The notes below the pieces were generated by a model. It had not been told where the DNA came from. It ran no database searches and saw only the letters and a program-made list of their open reading frames with translations. DNA of 64,000 nt. Origin: Bacteroidia bacterium (GTDB lineage: Bacteria > Bacteroidota > Bacteroidia > JAIBAJ01). Location of the stretch: assembly GCA_019695265.1 (NCBI GenBank), contig JAIBAJ010000004.1, positions 402-64,401 of the forward strand. Reading direction: 5' to 3'. Of the stretch, positions 15,666 to 27,200 are shown piece by piece. A program made the translations under genes and the position numbers. Within the stretch, counting starts at the first letter, position 1; each line of letters starts with the position of its first letter.

Positions 15666-16657
15666 TCTTTCTCTTTGGATTGGCCAAAATTGTATCCTAA
15701 GCAAAAGCTTGGGTTAATTGAAATACCCATAAATCCATTAGCTAATTTTTTGGTATCTGTAAGAAGCATAGTGTATCCCATACTAGCCCCTAAACTCATG
15801 GAGAAATGAGGTGTTGGATTGTATCGGCCTCCGAGTTCAGCAAGAATGCGTACCATACCGCCAATTTTTCCGGTGGAGGAATACTGGAAATCATTATAAC
15901 TAGTATAACCGTCATTATCCGGATGATAGGTGTAAATGTTTTTTTTATAGACAAACGTTCCAAAATCGACCAAAATACCATAATAAAAATTTTTGTCCTT
16001 TAATCCCTTGGGATAATTTCTGAAACCCAGGCCTGTATAGAAAGAATTTCCAAAATTATTGTAAACTGTTAGCTGGGAGAAGGAGTAAATCGGAGCAAAA
16101 ATTTCTGTTGAATAATCATCAAAGATTGGTTTCAAAATGGGAACATAAGAGCCGGGAATCAAAGAGTTTTCTGAAAACCTAATTTGATCAGCCATAAAAT
16201 AAACTTTCTCATCTCTCATAGAGGCAGAGAATGGAATTCGGAATGAAAATTGATTCTTTTTTCCGAAACTATGTTCGTATGTAAATCCGATACGAAATAC
16301 ATTTAAATCAACTGTATTAAACCATAAACTATTTCTTTTGATGGTAAAAATTGCATTAGTTTTTGAAGATTCTTCACCGGGCAAAACAAAATCTTCATCA
16401 GTAGGTTCTACCTCCATCAATTCCAAATGTCCATTGGAAAATTTTATTCGGGTTACTTTACCTTTTGCATAAATAAAGTCCGGGCCATTAGGTAAAGCTT
16501 GTTTTCTGAAATTGACCTCGCCTTTATTGATTAAAAGTACCTTCCCAATTTCTTTTTTACCATTTGAAAGCCATAAGGTATCCTGACTAAAACCAAACCC
16601 TGCGCTACCAATGAAAACCAATAGAAAAAAGAAAAATTGTTTTTCTAAAAAGGTCAT
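15662..16657 (-). CDS. Hypothetical secreted protein, probable outer-membrane beta-barrel (tandem paralog A)
   Basis: Signal peptide present. Block EVNFRKQALPNGPDFIY is shared with paralog B. The C-terminus ends in FCLGYNFG. Confidence 0.5.
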   Translation of the reverse strand: MTFLEKQFFFFLLVFIGSAGFGFSQDTLWLSNGKKEIGKVLLINKGEVNFRKQALPNGPDFIYAKGKVTRIKFSNGHLELMEVEPTDEDFVLPGEESSKTNAIFTIKRNSLWFNTVDLNVFRIGFTYEHSFGKKNQFSFRIPFSASMRDEKVYFMADQIRFSENSLIPGSYVPILKPIFDDYSTEIFAPIYSFSQLTVYNNFGNSFYTGLGFRNYPKGLKDKNFYYGILVDFGTFVYKKNIYTYHPDNDGYTSYNDFQYSSTGKIGGMVRILAELGGRYNPTPHFSMSLGASMGYTMLLTDTKKLANGFMGISINPSFCLGYNFGQSKEKE

Positions 16658-16749
16658 TATATTTTGAAATTGATTTACTACAAAAATATTATAATTTTGT
16701 TATAATTAAATTAATTATTATGTAATTGAATCCTGATTTTGTTGAGGTG

Positions 16750-17859
16750 TTATCTGATTTTTCCAATTCTTACCCCTTTGTAATAATGAGCAATAATATC
16801 TCGATAGGAGTATCCTAATTCAGCCATACGGTTGGCTCCTTGTTGGCAAATTCCAACTCCATGGCCATAACCTTTTCCAGTAAAAATGACTTCTTTACCC
16901 TGGGTTTTGATATTAAAATAGGCTGAACTTAGTCCAAAGTCGGAACGAACTTTTCGGGTGGCAATTATTTGTCCTGCAAGGTCAATTTCTTTTTTTCTGG
17001 CGATTTGAGTTAGCTGAAAATCTTCCCCAACCAATCCATCCATGTGGTGTCGGGTTAACCATTTATCCCATTTTTCTCTGCTCACTTTCTTTTCCCAAAC
17101 AGCTTTAGATTGTTTAAGGCAAAAGGTATCCTGAACCGGCTTGAGATGAATTTTCTCTCCACCCCAAACATTTTCACTACTTTCAGTGTAACCACCGCAA
17201 TTGCTATGATATGGGACAAAAGCCAAAGCGCCATGTGCATCCCTAATTACCATACTTTCTGTTTTTGCAGTGGCTAAAGAAATCCTTTCATTTCGGATTT
17301 CCAGTCCTTTAAAAACCTGGCAATGTACCTGGTCACAAAGATTGAATCCTTCATCCAGATGTTTTTCCATGTTTTCATAGGCAAAGGTTCTTGCTATGAT
17401 GGCTTGCACCTTATAAAATTCCATGGCAAATTTAGGACCCACCTCTGCATCAATTACACCTGACACATATTGTTCTATTCCGGTAATATTGACTACCCTA
17501 ATTCTACCTCTCAACACCCTTATTTCCAGACTTCCTTTGTATAATCTTGCCTCTGAATTTCCCATTTTTAATCGAAATGATTGAAGAAGTGGTCCATAAA
17601 GTTCCAATTTCCTTCCCGACACACGGATACCTTTGAGTGAAATACCTTTTAAGCTATCACCCACCACATCAATTTTTATGACATCCCCTTTTTCCATGGG
17701 CAATCCGTTTAATGAATATCCAATACCTGAAACCGATAATACCATTTGTGAATAATCCTGTCCATCAAAAAGACCAATTCGAATGCTATCTCCTGCAAAA
17801 CAAGAAAAGGATAAAAGAAGGAAGGCGCAAAAGAAGTTCCTAAACAAGGTTATTTCCAT
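16750..17859 (-). CDS. SpoIID/LytB domain protein
   Basis: YHSNCGGYTE and GYGHGVGICQQGANRMAELGYSYRDIIAHYYKG are hallmark SpoIID blocks. Confidence 0.8.
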   Translation of the reverse strand: MEITLFRNFFCAFLLLSFSCFAGDSIRIGLFDGQDYSQMVLSVSGIGYSLNGLPMEKGDVIKIDVVGDSLKGISLKGIRVSGRKLELYGPLLQSFRLKMGNSEARLYKGSLEIRVLRGRIRVVNITGIEQYVSGVIDAEVGPKFAMEFYKVQAIIARTFAYENMEKHLDEGFNLCDQVHCQVFKGLEIRNERISLATAKTESMVIRDAHGALAFVPYHSNCGGYTESSENVWGGEKIHLKPVQDTFCLKQSKAVWEKKVSREKWDKWLTRHHMDGLVGEDFQLTQIARKKEIDLAGQIIATRKVRSDFGLSSAYFNIKTQGKEVIFTGKGYGHGVGICQQGANRMAELGYSYRDIIAHYYKGVRIGKIR

Positions 17860-18071
17860 TTATTAATTAGCCAAAAGAAAAGAGACAACAAAATACTAAG
17901 TAGAATACTTGACATCATTGGAAAATAGATTTTAGTATGACCGGATTGAAAACTGAAATCACCGGGCAAGTTTCCAAAGCTTGGGGTTTTATCTTTAAGG
18001 ATAAAAAAAAGTAAACCCAATAAGAAAACAATTCCACCAAGTAGCATCATAACTTTTCCCAAATTTGCCAT
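17850..18071 (-). CDS. DUF2905-family small membrane protein
   Basis: GNLPGDFSFQSGHTKIYFPMMSSILLSILLS matches the DUF2905 pattern. I chose the ATG at 18071 because the longer ORF would run into the divergent gene. Confidence 0.55.
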   Translation of the reverse strand: MANLGKVMMLLGGIVFLLGLLFFILKDKTPSFGNLPGDFSFQSGHTKIYFPMMSSILLSILLSLFFWLINKWK

Positions 18072-18110
18072 TCCACAAAGAAAGCAGAAAAATAGTAAAT
18101 TGCAAGCCAC

Positions 18111-19412
18111 TTGAAAGCTTTTCATTCCATTTTTAAGACAACCTTAGGCGTTCTTCTGGTAGGATTATTTTATATTTCTTCAGCAAGTGGCCAATCCAAT
18201 TATTTAAGTAGACTCAATCGATTGTTGGGAGATGGATTATTAAGGGACCAATTTTCTCCTCCTGTGGCATCCAGGGTTTATTTATACCCTAATCTGGCGG
18301 CTTATCAAGCTATCCATCAAGATAGTATTTGGAAGTTCCTGAATGGTTTTTCTGAAATTAGTTTTCCAGATTTTAAGGATTATGATGCGAATTATACAGC
18401 AGCATGGTGTTTTGTTTCGCTTGCCTCTAATTTGTTGTTTTCAGGGAAGGAGTTTCAAATGGAAGCTCAACCCCTATTGGATAGTCTGGCAATGACTTGT
18501 TCAGCTAAAATTTTGGAAAAGTCCAGGGCCTATGCAGATGAAATAGTAAAGCAGGTTATGCTAAGAGCTGGAAATGATGGATATAAACAGAGACTTACCT
18601 ATCTTCGATATACTGTTTCAGAAGGGGATACATCTTATCAATTGACACCTCCTAATTTTTCTGAGCCGGTGGAACCACATTGGGGTACCATAAAAACCTT
18701 AGTAATTGATAACCATTGGGCTTATGAAAATGAAATTCCCAATGTTTTTAGTTTAGATCCTGAATCAAATTTTCAGAAAGAATTGAAAGAGGTTTATGTT
18801 TTGTCACAAAAAAATACAGATTCTACCTTAAATATTGCCAGACATTGGGATTGTAATCCCATTCAACTAGGAATGTCGGGTCATTTAATGCAATTTGGTT
18901 TTAGAATGACACCCAGTCAGCATTGGATGACTGTACTTTGTGATTTGGCAGATACCAAGCAGATTACTATTCAGGATTTATCAATGTTATTTGCCAAATT
19001 AGGTGTTGCTTGTTTTGATGCATTTATTGATTGCTGGTATTTAAAGTACCATTTTAATTCCATCCGGCCCGTTTCAGTAATTACAAAATATATTCAATCG
19101 GATTGGAAACCGGCAATTGAGACTCCGGCATTTCCGGAATATCCCAGCGGACATAGTTTGGTATCTGCTGCTGCCACGGTAATATTAAGTAATTACTTTG
19201 GAGATGATTTTTCATATACAGATCGCACCCAAACAGTTTTTTCTCTCCCGGAATCTAGTTTTTCCAGTTTTAAACAAGCCGCCATTCAAGCTGGAGAAAG
19301 CCGCATTCTGGGTGGAATACATTTCAGGAAGGCTGTAACCGATGGATTTAAACGCGGAGAACAGGTTGGAAAACAAGTTTTGAAAAATTGGAGTCATTTA
19401 AAAACACGATGA
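18111..19412 (+). CDS. PAP2-superfamily / vanadium-dependent haloperoxidase-like protein, secreted
   Basis: Motifs KYHFNSIRP (Kx6RP), PSGHS and SRILGGIH. Signal peptide present. Apparent TTG start with no in-frame ATG upstream. Confidence 0.65.
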   Translation: MKAFHSIFKTTLGVLLVGLFYISSASGQSNYLSRLNRLLGDGLLRDQFSPPVASRVYLYPNLAAYQAIHQDSIWKFLNGFSEISFPDFKDYDANYTAAWCFVSLASNLLFSGKEFQMEAQPLLDSLAMTCSAKILEKSRAYADEIVKQVMLRAGNDGYKQRLTYLRYTVSEGDTSYQLTPPNFSEPVEPHWGTIKTLVIDNHWAYENEIPNVFSLDPESNFQKELKEVYVLSQKNTDSTLNIARHWDCNPIQLGMSGHLMQFGFRMTPSQHWMTVLCDLADTKQITIQDLSMLFAKLGVACFDAFIDCWYLKYHFNSIRPVSVITKYIQSDWKPAIETPAFPEYPSGHSLVSAAATVILSNYFGDDFSYTDRTQTVFSLPESSFSSFKQAAIQAGESRILGGIHFRKAVTDGFKRGEQVGKQVLKNWSHLKTR

Positions 19413-22400
19413 GATTAGTTGTTTTTTTATCCTTGATACTGATTTTTTGGGGCCAAGTCTTCTACTCTTGTGCACAATTCAAGCCCATCCCAGGAATTAC
19501 CTCCGGTGTATTATTTGAAAATACATTGAAAGAAACCAATGAGTTTAATGTGTTTAATCAAAAATATCCCTACTTGAGTTTTAGTGGAGGTGGAATTGCG
19601 GTGGCCGACTTCGATAAGGATGGATTCGAAGATTTATTCCTTATTGGGAATCAGGTTAAGTCAATAATGTATAGGAATTTAGGAGGATTGAAATTTGAAC
19701 AATTGCCTGATGGGTTTGGTATTAATACCAATTCATGGACAAATGGAGTTGCAGTGGCGGATGTAAATAACGATGGTTGGTTGGATGTATTTGTAACCAA
19801 GATGTGCTACCCGGATAGCAGTCATGGGGGAAATAGACTTTTCCTGAATAGGGGGAATTTCAAATTTGAAGAGCGTACCGAGCAATTTGGCCTTTCCTTC
19901 ATTGGAAATTCTTATCATGCTTATTTCCTTGATTATGATAAGGATGGTTTTATGGATATTTATCTTCTGAATCAACCTTTAGAAAGTGTTGCTGAAAACA
20001 CCTTTGATATTTTTAAAAATAGAAAAGAGAAAAATTATCTGTTTTCGGATATACTTTATCACAATGAAGGTGGAAAAAGGTTTAAGAATGTTTCTGAACA
20101 AGCAGGATTATTACAAGAAAATGCTTTTGGATTAAGCGCCGTGGTCGGGGACTTTAATCAGGATGATTTGGTCGATATTTATGTGTGTAACGATTTCCTA
20201 TATCAGGATTTTTTATATATCAATCAGGGAAATGGCAAATTTAAAGAAAGCATAGACCAATACTTTGATCATGTCAGCCTATTTTCTATGGGTTCAACAT
20301 TTAAAGACCTCAATAAAGATGGATTGTCTGACTTGATTACCTTGGATATGAATCCGCCGAATCTAAGTGAATACAAAGTTTCCACCTTTGAAGAACATAT
20401 AGATAAGTTTAATATACGATCAAAGAATCATTTTAACCAAGAAGTAAGAAACATGGTTCACTTGAACAATGGCCAAGGACATTTTTCTGAAGTTGGACAG
20501 TTGCTTGGATTGGCATTTTCAGATTGGAGTTGGTCTGTATTGGCTGAAGATTTTAATGCAGACGGGTTAATGGATGTATTTATTACTAATGGTTTGTATT
20601 ATAATGTCTTAGACCGTGACTTCGTACGATATACCGTCGATAGCATGTTTAAGGCAGGAAATCTATCTTCTTATAAATCCAGGCCTGAAGATAATTTCAG
20701 GTTAATAAAGATGAAACCCAGGAAAGTACCAAATCAATTACATCTACAAACCAATCCTTTACATTTTCCTGTTGATCATCATTTCGGAATTCACCAAAAT
20801 TGGGTTACAACAGCAGCTATATCGGCAGACTTAGATCTGGATGGAGATTTGGATTTAGTTCTATCCAATATGGATACAACAGCTATTGTAATGGAAAACA
20901 CCTTGGTTAATAAGAATTATCTTCAAGTAGCATTTGAAAAGCCAAACCAAGCCTTAAATGCAAAAATTTACGCATATCAGAATGGAGTTCTTTTTTTTCA
21001 AGAGTTGGGCAACAACGGAGGGATTCTATGTTCACAGAGAAACAACGCCTATTTTGCCTTTCCAACCAATTTGCATCTGGACAGTCTGGTTATTAAGTTT
21101 GGGGTAAACAGAAAAGTACTTTATTCCAATGTTAAGATTAATAGAAAAATAGAAATCAAGGAATCCGAATCCTTTATTGATAAGATTGGCAAGTCTTTAA
21201 TTTCAACAGCCATGTCCGGTTTTCCTGAATTTTCTGAACTTGGAAAATTGACAGATTTCAATGATTTTAAGAAGGAACCATTGTTACCGCATCGCCTAAA
21301 TGTTTATGGTCCTTATGGCAGTGCTGCCGATTTAAATGGGGATGGTTTAATGGACTTGGTCGTTGGTGGTGTGGCGAAGGATCCAACCCACCTGTTTTTA
21401 CAGCAAAAGAATGGACATTTTATAGAACAAAAATCTTTTTTTCAATTGGATTCAGCCTGCATTGATACAGATATTGAGTTGGCAGATTTGGATAACGATT
21501 CCGATTTGGACATACTTGTTGTTGGTGGAGGTAATGAAGATAAGAAATTCAATAGTTATTCGGATCGTTTATACTGGAATGATGGAAACGGGAATTTCTC
21601 CAAATGCCTGGATTGTTTACCGGTAGATAGTTTTAGTGGAAGTGAAGTGGAAAGTTTGGATTATGATAAGGACGGTGACTTGGATCTATTTGTAGCTTCC
21701 AGAAATACGCCGGGGCGCTATCCCAAGGTTCCGGAATCTAGGTTGTTGCAAAATACAAAGGGTCATTTTGAAGATGTTACCCCTGCAAGTTTGAAAAAAG
21801 CGGGAATGGTAAATACATGCCTGAGTAAAGATTTTGATCAGGATGGATGGGTTGATTTGATGGTTGCAGGAGAATGGATGCCGGTATTGGTTTTCTGGAA
21901 CCAAGGTGGTTACTTTGATAAGGCCGATACTATTTTACCAACCGGATTCTGGCAACATTTGAATTGGGTAGAAGGAAAGAAGGATGGATTTCTAATTGCT
22001 GGAAATTGGGGAGAAAATACGAGAGTAATTCCCGGTCCGAATCAGGAAGTTCGCTTATACACAACAGATATTGACGAGAATGGCAGCCTTGACCCTTTGA
22101 TTTGTACTTTACAGGATGGAGTTTATAAACCTGTGTTATCCTATGAGAAAATATCCAAAGAACTGCCAATTTTTAGAAAGAAATTTCTGCGTTACACTAG
22201 TTACAAACAGGCGAGTATTCAGGATTGTTTAGGTTCAAAATTCCCGCTTGCCGACGTGAAATATTGCCAAGAATCCCAATCGAAAGTGTTAGTTTATTCC
22301 GGAAATAGGGAATTTAATAATTGTGAAACCCCATTGGAGTTGCAGTTTTCACCGGTTTTGACTTCTCTCCAGGTCGGAACTTCTACATCGGGAAATCCCT

Positions 22401-22642
22401 TAGTTTATTTTCATGGTAATTTTTTCGAAAATACACCAGAAGTTGGAAAAATGGATGCCGGTAAAGGGTTAGTAGTAGAGTTACTGCCGAAATTAAAGGC
22501 GCAATTGTTTCCTAATTTCTTTCCAAAAGTATCCGGAAATGTTAGAAAAATTATTCCTATTCAAACGAGTTTAGGTAGTTTTTGGTTGATTTTGAAAAAT
22601 GGAGAGACTCCGGAACTGATACAGCAATTGAAATCAAAATGA
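19409..22642 (+). CDS. FG-GAP/VCBS repeat protein (CRTAC1/ASPIC-like), secreted
   Basis: Repeated D.D.DG..D blocks (DFDKDGFEDLF, DVNNDGWLDVF, DLDLDGDLDLV and others). The start MRLVVFLSLILIF overlaps the upstream stop as ATGA. Confidence 0.75.
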   Translation: MRLVVFLSLILIFWGQVFYSCAQFKPIPGITSGVLFENTLKETNEFNVFNQKYPYLSFSGGGIAVADFDKDGFEDLFLIGNQVKSIMYRNLGGLKFEQLPDGFGINTNSWTNGVAVADVNNDGWLDVFVTKMCYPDSSHGGNRLFLNRGNFKFEERTEQFGLSFIGNSYHAYFLDYDKDGFMDIYLLNQPLESVAENTFDIFKNRKEKNYLFSDILYHNEGGKRFKNVSEQAGLLQENAFGLSAVVGDFNQDDLVDIYVCNDFLYQDFLYINQGNGKFKESIDQYFDHVSLFSMGSTFKDLNKDGLSDLITLDMNPPNLSEYKVSTFEEHIDKFNIRSKNHFNQEVRNMVHLNNGQGHFSEVGQLLGLAFSDWSWSVLAEDFNADGLMDVFITNGLYYNVLDRDFVRYTVDSMFKAGNLSSYKSRPEDNFRLIKMKPRKVPNQLHLQTNPLHFPVDHHFGIHQNWVTTAAISADLDLDGDLDLVLSNMDTTAIVMENTLVNKNYLQVAFEKPNQALNAKIYAYQNGVLFFQELGNNGGILCSQRNNAYFAFPTNLHLDSLVIKFGVNRKVLYSNVKINRKIEIKESESFIDKIGKSLISTAMSGFPEFSELGKLTDFNDFKKEPLLPHRLNVYGPYGSAADLNGDGLMDLVVGGVAKDPTHLFLQQKNGHFIEQKSFFQLDSACIDTDIELADLDNDSDLDILVVGGGNEDKKFNSYSDRLYWNDGNGNFSKCLDCLPVDSFSGSEVESLDYDKDGDLDLFVASRNTPGRYPKVPESRLLQNTKGHFEDVTPASLKKAGMVNTCLSKDFDQDGWVDLMVAGEWMPVLVFWNQGGYFDKADTILPTGFWQHLNWVEGKKDGFLIAGNWGENTRVIPGPNQEVRLYTTDIDENGSLDPLICTLQDGVYKPVLSYEKISKELPIFRKKFLRYTSYKQASIQDCLGSKFPLADVKYCQESQSKVLVYSGNREFNNCETPLELQFSPVLTSLQVGTSTSGNPLVYFHGNFFENTPEVGKMDAGKGLVVELLPKLKAQLFPNFFPKVSGNVRKIIPIQTSLGSFWLILKNGETPELIQQLKSK

Positions 22643-22723
22643 TGGTGGATAGGGGTTAAACCCCATAGGTTCTGCTGGAAAGTCAATTATATCGAATCAA
22701 TTATTTTTTAAAATACGAGTTAT

Positions 22724-22864
22724 GCGGGCCCCCTCCGCCCAACACTTGGTTGGCTAAACCCCAAGCAACTTGTCAGGGCGTTCGGGTCACGCTATCGGCT
22801 GTAGTCCAAGCCACTCCGCTAAACGCTGCGTTGGCTTGGAGCTACTTGCCTCTATCGTTGCCCG
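22724..22864 (+). repeat. GC-rich structured intergenic element, copy II-2 (type II)
   Basis: GCGGGCCCCCTCCGCCC...GGGCGTTCGGGTCACGCTATCGGCTGTAGTCC...GGAGCTACTTGCCTCTATCGTTGCCCG. Lies 3' of the VCBS gene on the same strand, between convergent genes. Confidence 0.9.
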
Positions 22865-22946
22865 AGGCGCAACCTCTAAGTTTAAATGCTAAGCTAACTT
22901 GTAACGGTATCTATGAGCTTCCTGCAAAGGGAATCATTTTCAAACC

Positions 22947-24287
22947 TTATTTGGGTTGCAGCGGAATTCCAACTTTAGAAAGAATATTAATTCCAATAGA
23001 TTTGCCTTGTTTATTGCCGGCTTGAATACCATTTTGGTAATGTATTCCACCATAAAGCCTGCTTAATCCTGCTTCATCTGCAGCTTGTAGAAAAGATGAA
23101 AAGGTTCTTGGTAAATAGGGGAGACCGATGATGGAAAAAGTGGAATCGGTAAAGGAATAAGTAGGACCTGCAAATGCCGTTAGAATTTGGGCTGCCGCCG
23201 CTGAAATTCCACTATGTCCGCTTGTAAACTCCGGGAAGGGTGGAGTAACTATTAGTGGCATCCAATCCGGATCTATCAACTCCCGGATATACGTGACCGG
23301 CCTTACCAATTCATATTTGTATTTGTCGTGCCAAACAGAAATAACAGCGTCTGCCATAGCCATGGAACATAATGCATAAACCAAACTTGTTTTTTCGAAG
23401 GAGTACTTTTCATGTTTGCAGAATTGGGCAATTATGCAAATCCAATGAGAAACCGGGTTAATATGTCTTCGTGGTTTAGGAATATGACCAACAAAATTGT
23501 TTAAATCAGGATTATCGTCCCAATACAAGGCTATGTTTCTTTGTTCAGGGGTAAGTTCATTGGAAGTTTGATAGATATTATGGACCATAGAATAGAAATC
23601 GCTATTCTTTTCGGTACTGTAAGGAATTTCAAAAGATTGAGAAAACTGGGAGGCCGAGTCAATCAGGAAAGTTTGAAGCGTTTCCCAATGTGGTTCCAAT
23701 GCACTTCGAAACTCAGGTGGAGTTGGTTTCCATTTCCCCGGTTGATTGCTGAAAATGTAATTAGGAAGTGCTTTACTAGCAGCAAAACCATCTGCAGCAG
23801 CCCTGTTATTACAAGCTAACGCAATGGAATCTCCTAGTTCTAAAGAGTTTTTTATGGTAGATTCTCCTATACCTGTTTTACGAAAGTAGTTTAAATGCTT
23901 TTTAATTAATGAATCTGCAGCATATTCCCGATAAATATGTTTTATAGCCGTTTTATAAAATGCTTGGATGGCCGCAATTTCAAAATTAATATCGCCTGTT
24001 TTTGCCTTCTGGGGAAACTTAAAACCACGAACAACTTTCCCTAACTGTATAGTTTTACCGGAGGAAGTGCTGTATGCTTGGTACAAAGAAAGATTGCAAT
24101 AGGCAAAAGTTCTGGAAGCCAATAATGGATTAAATCCATCCTTAATCATTTGTTCAGTTAATAACTGATTCCATTCATGGATTACGTGAGATGGTTGGGA
24201 TTGGGAAATGGATGTAAATGAACCTCCTAGTAAAAGCATTAGGAAGAAGCTGGCAGCTTTATTCAAAAAGTTTGTATTCCAATACAT
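22947..24287 (-). CDS. PAP2-superfamily / vanadium-dependent haloperoxidase-like protein, secreted (second copy)
   Basis: Motifs KYKYELVRP, TSGHS and SRLYGGIH. It is a distant paralog of 18111..19412. Confidence 0.65.
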   Translation of the reverse strand: MYWNTNFLNKAASFFLMLLLGGSFTSISQSQPSHVIHEWNQLLTEQMIKDGFNPLLASRTFAYCNLSLYQAYSTSSGKTIQLGKVVRGFKFPQKAKTGDINFEIAAIQAFYKTAIKHIYREYAADSLIKKHLNYFRKTGIGESTIKNSLELGDSIALACNNRAAADGFAASKALPNYIFSNQPGKWKPTPPEFRSALEPHWETLQTFLIDSASQFSQSFEIPYSTEKNSDFYSMVHNIYQTSNELTPEQRNIALYWDDNPDLNNFVGHIPKPRRHINPVSHWICIIAQFCKHEKYSFEKTSLVYALCSMAMADAVISVWHDKYKYELVRPVTYIRELIDPDWMPLIVTPPFPEFTSGHSGISAAAAQILTAFAGPTYSFTDSTFSIIGLPYLPRTFSSFLQAADEAGLSRLYGGIHYQNGIQAGNKQGKSIGINILSKVGIPLQPK

Positions 24288-27200
24288 AAGGAGGTAGTTT
24301 TAGTTTGTGAGAAATTTGAGATAAATATCCAGAGCCAAGATAAAATTCAATTCGTCTTGTTAGTCCATTCTTTAATTTAAATACTGCAAATTTGGTAGTC
24401 ATGGAGGGATTAATCACTTGGCATGTATGACCAATAGAATAGGTTCGTAAATAGTCTTTATTTACACCTGCCAAAAGCAATGTTTTGTTCTTAGCCTCCA
24501 AGGATATCAATGATCTAGCATCACCTTCCACCAGAAAACCCGATGAATTTGTCGAAATACATTTAAATTCTCCTTTTCCATCACCTTTCAAAAATAAACC
24601 TTTGTGGGCAGTATACCTTCCCCTTTCCACTTCATTGGCATAGAAGTTTCCGGTTAATAGAATATCCGGGTTGCCGTCCAGATCGTAGTCGTCAACCAAA
24701 ATGCCGGAAATTGGTCCAAATTGCGCTTTAACAGGTAAGGGTTTTAATTGAAAATGGCCATTTTCATTAAATAGTATGCAGGAGGAGGTTTCTTCTACCA
24801 CCAAATGCATGGCACTATCCATTTTGTTTTTAGGGAATATATCAAACAAAGTGGCTTCAGCAAATTTTGAATGTCTGTAGTACTTTTTACTCAAACCACT
24901 GATGCGTGTTTTATAGGCATTCAGTTGTTTAATTGGGTAAATTTTGTCTTTCTCTCTATAGGTGGTTACCACATCAATAGATCCATTGTTGTCAAAATCG
25001 TTTGCATACAACTCCAATGGTTTTCCCTTTTCAGCTTTGTATCGGATATTCCAACCTAAATTCCCCAAGATATAATCCGTATCTCCATCATTGTCAAGGT
25101 CAGCACCCATCAAGCTGTTCCATAAACCATGCGTTTTTTGACCTATTATTTCTTCTCCCGGAATTCGTTGAAATTTCCTGCCCAGTTGATTTTGGAAGAA
25201 TTGAATTTCCATGTATTCTCCAACAACAATCAGATCAAAAAAACCATCTTTGTTAAAATCTGTCCATAATGCGGAGGTAACCATTCCGACTTTTTTTAAC
25301 CCGATAGCCAAAGAATCTGTTACATCTCTGAAATTGCCATTATCATTAATTAATAGGTAACTATTTGGAATTGTCGGGAATTTTTGACTTTCCACTCTAC
25401 CACCAAGGAATAAATCAATGTCTCCATCTTGATCAAAGTCATTTCCAATTATGCAAGAAGCGCTTGATTGTATGGAAGGGCATAAATCGCTTCTATCGAA
25501 TCGTCCATTTCCTTTATTGAAGTGAATGGTGTGTTTGCTTGCCGTTGGGCTGGTTTCAAATTCAAAACCTCCACTTGTAATTACTATATCATTTAATCCA
25601 TCTTTGTCCGCATCAAAAACCAATATTCCGGCATCTTCTCTCGAACTATCAGACAGGATGGAAGCGATGGTAAATGAATGAAATGCGGTATCGTTTTGGT
25701 TGAATAAGATTTGGGCAGGGTGATTGGCAGCACCTCCCATAATTACATCTTCGAACCCATCTTGATTTAAATCACCGCAAGCTAGTGCAGGTCCTTGAAC
25801 CGAATAAAAATGGGGTAGGAGAGGGTTGTAAATAAAATCATGAAACTCATTTTCATGATGTACAAATTTTGGAAATTTGGACCAAGGCTGGAATAGTGGT
25901 TTTTCTTTTTGAGTGTTTCTAACTTTGGCCTTGGAAGGTAGATCCATATAGTTTATTTCCAAAACCTGATTAGGTTTTGGTTGCCTTATGATCTGCACCT
26001 TGCCATTGGGCCACTTAATAGTCAAGGAATCAATTTTGTTTTGTTGCCCTAACCCAAAATGAAAGTAGGTTTCAGATGATGAAAATAAGCCACGGGAGCT
26101 TTGCATTTCCTGCATTTGTATAGTTCCATCAACATAAATCTCTACCCTTGAATGGAGCAAAGAACGATGCTTACTGTCCTTCAAATGGATCCTAATATAA
26201 TTTTTTTCTTTGTAGGATTCGCTATTATTGCGGTATAGGTAAGATTTGTTTTTTGCATTATTGACTACTAAATCCAAATCACCATCTCCGTCAAAATCGG
26301 CATAGGCGGCTCCTCTGGAATCCATTTCGAAGCTTGAATCAGGAACCAATTTGGTAAATCCAAGATTGCCATTGTTTAGAAATAGAAAATTGAAAAACTT
26401 AAAATCTTTCAATTTAGTCATTAAGGAACAGTTGTAAGGGTCGGTAGAGTCGGAATAATTGACATAATCTTGCAGGAAATATTCCGGATGACTGAAGCCA
26501 TTGGTGATAAAGATATCTTTATGGCCATCGTTGTTAAAGTCGGCAATCAGTGGGGACCAACTCCAATCTGTTGCATCTATTCCTGACAATTCACCAATTT
26601 CACTAAAGGAAGTGTTGCCGTTATTGAGGTTGAGTACGTTTCTTGAAACTTGTTTTGAAAGGAGGTCCGACTTGGATTGCATGAGGTAGTTCCAAGTATA
26701 AGGGGTTTCAAAAGCAAATACTTTCTGCCTGTAATTGTTGATAGGTCGCATATCTGCAACTACCACATCCAGCAGTCCATCATTATTAATGTCTGCAACA
26801 TCTAAACCCATTGAAAAAAAACTGGTAGTTGTTACAAGTTCCGGGGTTTCGGTTAGTTTTTGTCCGTTGTTTGTAAAAATGTAATCAGGTTCGTCAAAAT
26901 CGGAGCTAATGTAAAGGTCGGGGTAACCATCATTAGTGAGGTCAGCCGGGAAATTGGCATAACTGGTATGGGTTGGGGTATGAGAAAATAACCCGTAGGT
27001 TTGGGTTTGGTCTTCGAATGTTTTGCCATTCCCAATTAAAATCCTGTCACTGGTAAATTGTTTTTGGGCATTGTATTTTTCTATATTTATAAGTGCATTC
27101 GTAAAACCTGTGGTGTTGTTGCCGGTTGGATAAGCCCAATGAGAAACAACAATGTCTTCGAATTCATCCATGTTTAGGTTGGTAATGCTAATGGAACTGC

